This document shows, piece after piece, positions 60,412 through 64,000 of a DNA stretch of 64,000 bases. Position 1 is the stretch's first letter; each line of letters opens with the position of its first letter. The position numbers and the translations under genes were made by a program. This DNA comes from an uncultured delta proteobacterium (GTDB lineage: Bacteria > Myxococcota_A > Polyangia > Polyangiales > JAFGIB01). The notes under the pieces are model-generated. The model made no database searches. It was not told where the DNA came from and worked only from the letters and a program-made list of their open reading frames with translations. Location of the stretch: assembly GCA_963778655.1 (NCBI GenBank), contig CAVZVA010000005.1, positions 224,001-288,000 on the forward strand. The letters are read 5' to 3'.

Positions 60412-61314
60412 TCAACGCAGGGGCAACAGGGTCAGCCGTGCGGCGTTGCGCCCGTCCGCGGAGATCGTCGCGCTGGCCAGCGCGCTTCCGCGCGACAGCA
60501 GCAGCGTGTGCGCGGCGGCGGGCTCGAGCGCGCGCACGTGGAAACCCTGCGCCTCGAGCGCGACGCGGTAGCGCGCCATTAGCTGCGCCGCGGGCAGCGC
60601 CGCGCGGTAGCCGACCAGCATCGGCGCCCGCTCCTGCTGCCACGCGCTCAGCACGCGCCGCGCGCCCGCCGGCCGCGGCACGCCGGGGAGATCGCGGCCG
60701 GGGGCATCGCCGCGCGCGGGAAACATCGCGCGCAGCGGCAGGCTGCCTTCGCTCCACACCGCCACGTACGCGGTCGCCGCGCCCTCGCGCCGCGCCCAGG
60801 CGAAGCGCAACTGGCCGAGCGCCCGCAGGTCTCCGCTGGCACGCAGCGCGCGCAGGCGCCCGATCAGGTCGCGCGGCGCCAGCGTCACGCCGCCGAGGTC
60901 CAGGCACGCCACGTAACCTGCGCCGCCGTGTTGCCCGCGCAGCACACCATCGAGCGCGGGCAACGCGGCGCGCAGGCCGTGCGGGAGCGGCGCGCGCGGC
61001 ACTGTCGCGGGGTCGAAGCGCAGGCCGAGCTTGCGGCAGCGCGCCTGCAGCACGTCGAGCAGCGTGTCCAGCGAGTCAGGGGTGCTGCCCGAAAGCACGC
61101 GCAGGGAGGCGCCGTTGAGCCAGAGCGTGCGCGGCGCGTCGAGCCTGCCGGCGCGCGCGTAGCTCAGCAGTGCGGCCCCTGCGTCCTGTAGCAGCTCATC
61201 GCTGCGCGCCCGCGCGCGCACGCACAGCGTGGCGACCGCGCCGGCGCCCACCAGCGCAAGCAGGGCGCCGACCCGTAGCGCGCCGGCCACGCCGTGTACG
61301 CCGCGCGCGCTCAC
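60412..61314 (-). CDS. Hypothetical Tad-cluster membrane/periplasmic protein
   Basis: Coupled to tadE; TM helix; LNG, GDAPG.D.P.VPRP motifs. Confidence 0.65.
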   Translation of the reverse strand: MSARGVHGVAGALRVGALLALVGAGAVATLCVRARARSDELLQDAGAALLSYARAGRLDAPRTLWLNGASLRVLSGSTPDSLDTLLDVLQARCRKLGLRFDPATVPRAPLPHGLRAALPALDGVLRGQHGGAGYVACLDLGGVTLAPRDLIGRLRALRASGDLRALGQLRFAWARREGAATAYVAVWSEGSLPLRAMFPARGDAPGRDLPGVPRPAGARRVLSAWQQERAPMLVGYRAALPAAQLMARYRVALEAQGFHVRALEPAAAHTLLLSRGSALASATISADGRNAARLTLLPLR

Positions 61315-61883
61315 TTGCCCCCGCAGTTCGGCAGCGGAAGCTTGCGGCAGAACACCCCGGTGATGACCTGGAACACGTCGCGCGGCCGTTCGTTGCAGGC
61401 GACCACGATCTCGCCGCGCTCGGACACGCTCTGCGCGGGACTCCACGGCACGCGCACCGGTGCGTGCGCCTCGGCGCGGGTGGTGGTGCCGAACAGCCCG
61501 CGCATCGCAGCGCCGAGCAGGGGCACGTCGTCGAAGGGATCGAACGCGGCGCCTGCGGGCCGCAGCGAGGTGCTGTCTCGCGCCTGGTCGATCAGCTGGT
61601 CGGAGGCGGCGCGGCCGTCTTCGCTCTGCGCAGTGGTGGGCGTGCTCCCGCAGTCGCGCGGCGGCGCGCTCGGGTCGCAGCCCGAGACGGCATACTGCCA
61701 GGCGCAGCGCCGCGCCTGTAGCAGCAGCCGCTCGCGCGTCAGGTAGCGCGCCTGCACGAACAGCACGCCCACCAGCAGCAGCCCGAGAAAAGGCACGATG
61801 ATCAGCGCCTCCACCATGGCCACGCCAGCGCGACGTGCGCCGCGGCGTCGACCCAGTCCCCCGGAACCGCGATTTCTACGCAA
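61311..61883 (-). CDS. TadE-like minor pilin
   Basis: Prepilin motif G-VAMVE followed by a hydrophobic helix and ARRCAW..A; start (TTG 61883) uncertain. Confidence 0.78.
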   Translation of the reverse strand: MRRNRGSGGLGRRRGARRAGVAMVEALIIVPFLGLLLVGVLFVQARYLTRERLLLQARRCAWQYAVSGCDPSAPPRDCGSTPTTAQSEDGRAASDQLIDQARDSTSLRPAGAAFDPFDDVPLLGAAMRGLFGTTTRAEAHAPVRVPWSPAQSVSERGEIVVACNERPRDVFQVITGVFCRKLPLPNCGGK

Positions 61884-61904
61884 TCTCGACCCGCCCTCGG
61901 CGCC

Positions 61905-62126
61905 GCTCGCGGCGTTGCGCGGGCTTGAAATACCGTCGTGTAGTCCTGCACCCGCGACAGCCCGGAAGTTCGTTCCTTGAGGAGAGGGAGCCGCGAAGCG
62001 GCCTCGCGTGGGGGTGGGGCCCGGCGAGCTTTGCCCGACGAGCGCGGGCGGCGCGTGCCGCCTCCGATACGAAAGGAAGCGAAGGATCATCGGTTCGGAA
62101 GGCCGGAACGGACTCGCGAACCGATG
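61905..62126. repeat. Composite palindromic intergenic element (copy B of the 1150-1194 family plus hairpin)
   Basis: 61911-61955 matches rc(1150-1194) at 40/45. gcgaagcggcctcgcg at 61993 also occurs at 47782. Hairpin catcggttcg/cgaaccgatg at 62088-62126. Confidence 0.65.
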
Positions 62127-62128
62127 TG

Positions 62129-63964
62129 CTAGTGCACGAACAGATCCGCGATCGAAAGGTCGAGCTGGCCGCATGATGGGGTCTCCTTGCCGGCGTTTCC
62201 GCCGACCGCGCGGGCGCACACGCCGTGCAACGCGCCGAGCAGGCCGCCCGCGCCGGCTGGCTCGCCCGAGCTCGCGTCCCGCTCAGGCAGGCGAAAGCGG
62301 CGTAGCCGCGCGCGCCAGCGCATGTTCCATAAATAGCTGCTGCGCTCGTCCGCGGCAGGATCCTGCACCGCGTAGTAGTATTCGGCCTGGGCGAGCGCGA
62401 CCCGGCCCAGCGCGCGCGCGGTCTCGAAGTCGGCGCCGGCGTCCGATTTGCCCCAGCTCGCCACGCGCACCACGGCTTCGGGCACGCCTGCCGGCGTCGA
62501 GCCCAGCACCGCGGCGCGGACCTGAAAGGCTTCCTCGCCCAGCTCTGCGCCCGCCACCATGTCCTGTGGCACACGCGTGCCTGGCGAGGACTCGCCGGCC
62601 GCTCCCTCCGCGGTCAGACGGTCCTTGGCGTGCGCGCCCAGGTCGTAGCTGCGGGTCACGCCCTCGCGGCAGCCGAACAGATGCGTCACCTCGGTGTGAT
62701 CGAGCGCGACGCTGGCGCCCTCGCGCGCGACCCCCGCAGGCGGCCGCGCGTTCGAGCACAGCGGCACGGGCCGGCCGTCGGCGTCGCGCGTGGCCAGGCT
62801 CCAATCCGGGCTCACCTGGGCGCGCGCAAACCCGCACGGCCGCACGTCGTCCTGCAGGCGCGTGTAGCGGGCGTGGGCCTCCTCGCTCTTGGGGTTCGAG
62901 GTGACCTGCCACCGGCCGCGCTCGAAGCGATAGCTGCGCCGAAAGCTCCGTTGCTGCCAGTCGAAGTCGTACAGCGGGTCGTCCTTGCCGCGTGGCGCGC
63001 AGGCCTGGCGCGCCAGCGCATCGCGCTGCGCGTAGGGCTCTCCCTGGCGGCAGCGCTGCGTGCAACGCCCCAGGTCGTCCGGCTCCGAAGCCGCTTCGTC
63101 GCGCTCGGCCTGCCTGCACGCGTTCGCGAGGGCGTCCGCGCCGTCCTGCCCCGACGCGCTTGCGCTCATGCACTGCTCGCGCGCCGGCAGGTTGGGGTAA
63201 TGAGCGGTGTCGTGCACCGTGGTGGTGGGCGGCGCGACGCCTTCCGCGCCGCAGAACCAGGCCGCGCCCGCCTTGCTCAGATCTTCGATCGCGCCGCCTA
63301 CCAGCCCCGCGATGGGCCCCGGCACCAGCCCTGCCATCGCGAATCGGGTCGCGTCGCCCACGTAGTGTCCGGCGTGGTCGCACAGCTCGGCGAAGCTGCC
63401 GTCTTCGGTCGGCAGCGTGGCCCGTGCGGGCAGCGCGAACGCGACCTGAGCGGGCGGCGCGTAGTGTTCAGCGACCCCGGCGACCACGGGCAACTCGCTG
63501 GCCGCCGGCACCGCCATGCGTACCCCGATCGCCGCGCCGTGCAGGGTCTGCAGCGCCAGATCGATCTCGGGCTGCAGCAGCGCGTGCGCTTCCCGTGTGC
63601 TTTCACGCGCACCTTCCAGCAACGGGATGGCCTCCGCCAGGTTGGGCGCCAAGAAGCTCGCGAAGCCGATCGCCACGATCGCGACCGTGATCAGCGTTTC
63701 GATCAGCTTGAGCGCGACCAGCACCGCCAGCAGCGCCGCCATCACCATGTTGATCAGCGCGATCAGGTTCATGCCGCGCGCGTGCACCACGGCCGCCGAG
63801 AAGGCCGCCGCGTCCGCCGCATCCTGCATGCGCTCGCGCTGCCAGATCGCCTCGCCGATGCCGATCAGGTAGTACAGCGCGGCGGTCAGAAAGATCGCCA
63901 TGAACACGCCCAGCACCATGATCGCGCCGCGCTCGTCGCAGCCCAGCCTGCGCTGCAGCGTCAT
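62129..63964 (-). CDS. TadG-like large minor pilin with Cys-rich insertion
   Basis: DERG-AIM prepilin start, MQDAADAAAFSAAV.HARGMN Tad motif, C-terminal WNMRWRARLRR. Confidence 0.85.
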   Translation of the reverse strand: MTLQRRLGCDERGAIMVLGVFMAIFLTAALYYLIGIGEAIWQRERMQDAADAAAFSAAVVHARGMNLIALINMVMAALLAVLVALKLIETLITVAIVAIGFASFLAPNLAEAIPLLEGARESTREAHALLQPEIDLALQTLHGAAIGVRMAVPAASELPVVAGVAEHYAPPAQVAFALPARATLPTEDGSFAELCDHAGHYVGDATRFAMAGLVPGPIAGLVGGAIEDLSKAGAAWFCGAEGVAPPTTTVHDTAHYPNLPAREQCMSASASGQDGADALANACRQAERDEAASEPDDLGRCTQRCRQGEPYAQRDALARQACAPRGKDDPLYDFDWQQRSFRRSYRFERGRWQVTSNPKSEEAHARYTRLQDDVRPCGFARAQVSPDWSLATRDADGRPVPLCSNARPPAGVAREGASVALDHTEVTHLFGCREGVTRSYDLGAHAKDRLTAEGAAGESSPGTRVPQDMVAGAELGEEAFQVRAAVLGSTPAGVPEAVVRVASWGKSDAGADFETARALGRVALAQAEYYYAVQDPAADERSSYLWNMRWRARLRRFRLPERDASSGEPAGAGGLLGALHGVCARAVGGNAGKETPSCGQLDLSIADLFVH

Positions 63965-64000
63965 GGCCGCGCCCCCGCCTTGCGCTCGCTCGCATAGCGA
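63961..64000 (-). CDS. 3' end of an upstream Tad-operon gene (partial)
   Basis: Frame RYASERKAGARP* ends at TGA 63961 in an ATGA overlap with the TadG-like start. Confidence 0.4.
   Translation of the reverse strand, partial: RYASERKAGARP

Overview
Very GC-rich bacterial chromosomal segment, most consistent with Myxococcota (Polyangia-like), judged from a MYXO-CTERM-like protease, an AgmX/PglI-type domain, a Ser/Thr kinase and an AUC-start infC. It has five parts. (1) 1-13.2 kb: conserved housekeeping run (GT39-like glycosyltransferase, M23 peptidase, tRNA-Val, thrS-infC-rpmI-rplT-pheS-pheT-ihfA-merR-tRNA-Pro-surE-apt). (2) 13.2-17.8 kb: decayed mobile patch around tRNA-Arg(CCT), with an IS66 remnant and an intact RAYT/IS200-like HUH tyrosine transposase. 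The transposase is bracketed by 17-bp inverted motifs, and each motif carries tandem duplications that end at a fixed point just outside it. (3) 17.8-33.4 kb: envelope/secreted-enzyme region (B12 radical SAM, PHM-like copper monooxygenase lipoprotein divergent from a TonB-dependent receptor and a Tat amidohydrolase lipoprotein, large MYXO-CTERM subtilase). (4) 33.4-49.3 kb: mixed metabolic and signalling genes (amtB without glnK, two diguanylate cyclases, two OmpA modules, DAHP synthase, glyQS). (5) 49.4-64 kb: minus-strand Tad/Kil-like pilus operon with two intact CpaF ATPases (one FHA-fused), ending in a Ser/Thr kinase. Several intergenic gaps hold palindromic MITE/REP-like elements. No CRISPR array or rRNA was seen. 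All product calls come from motif recognition by eye, with no database searches.
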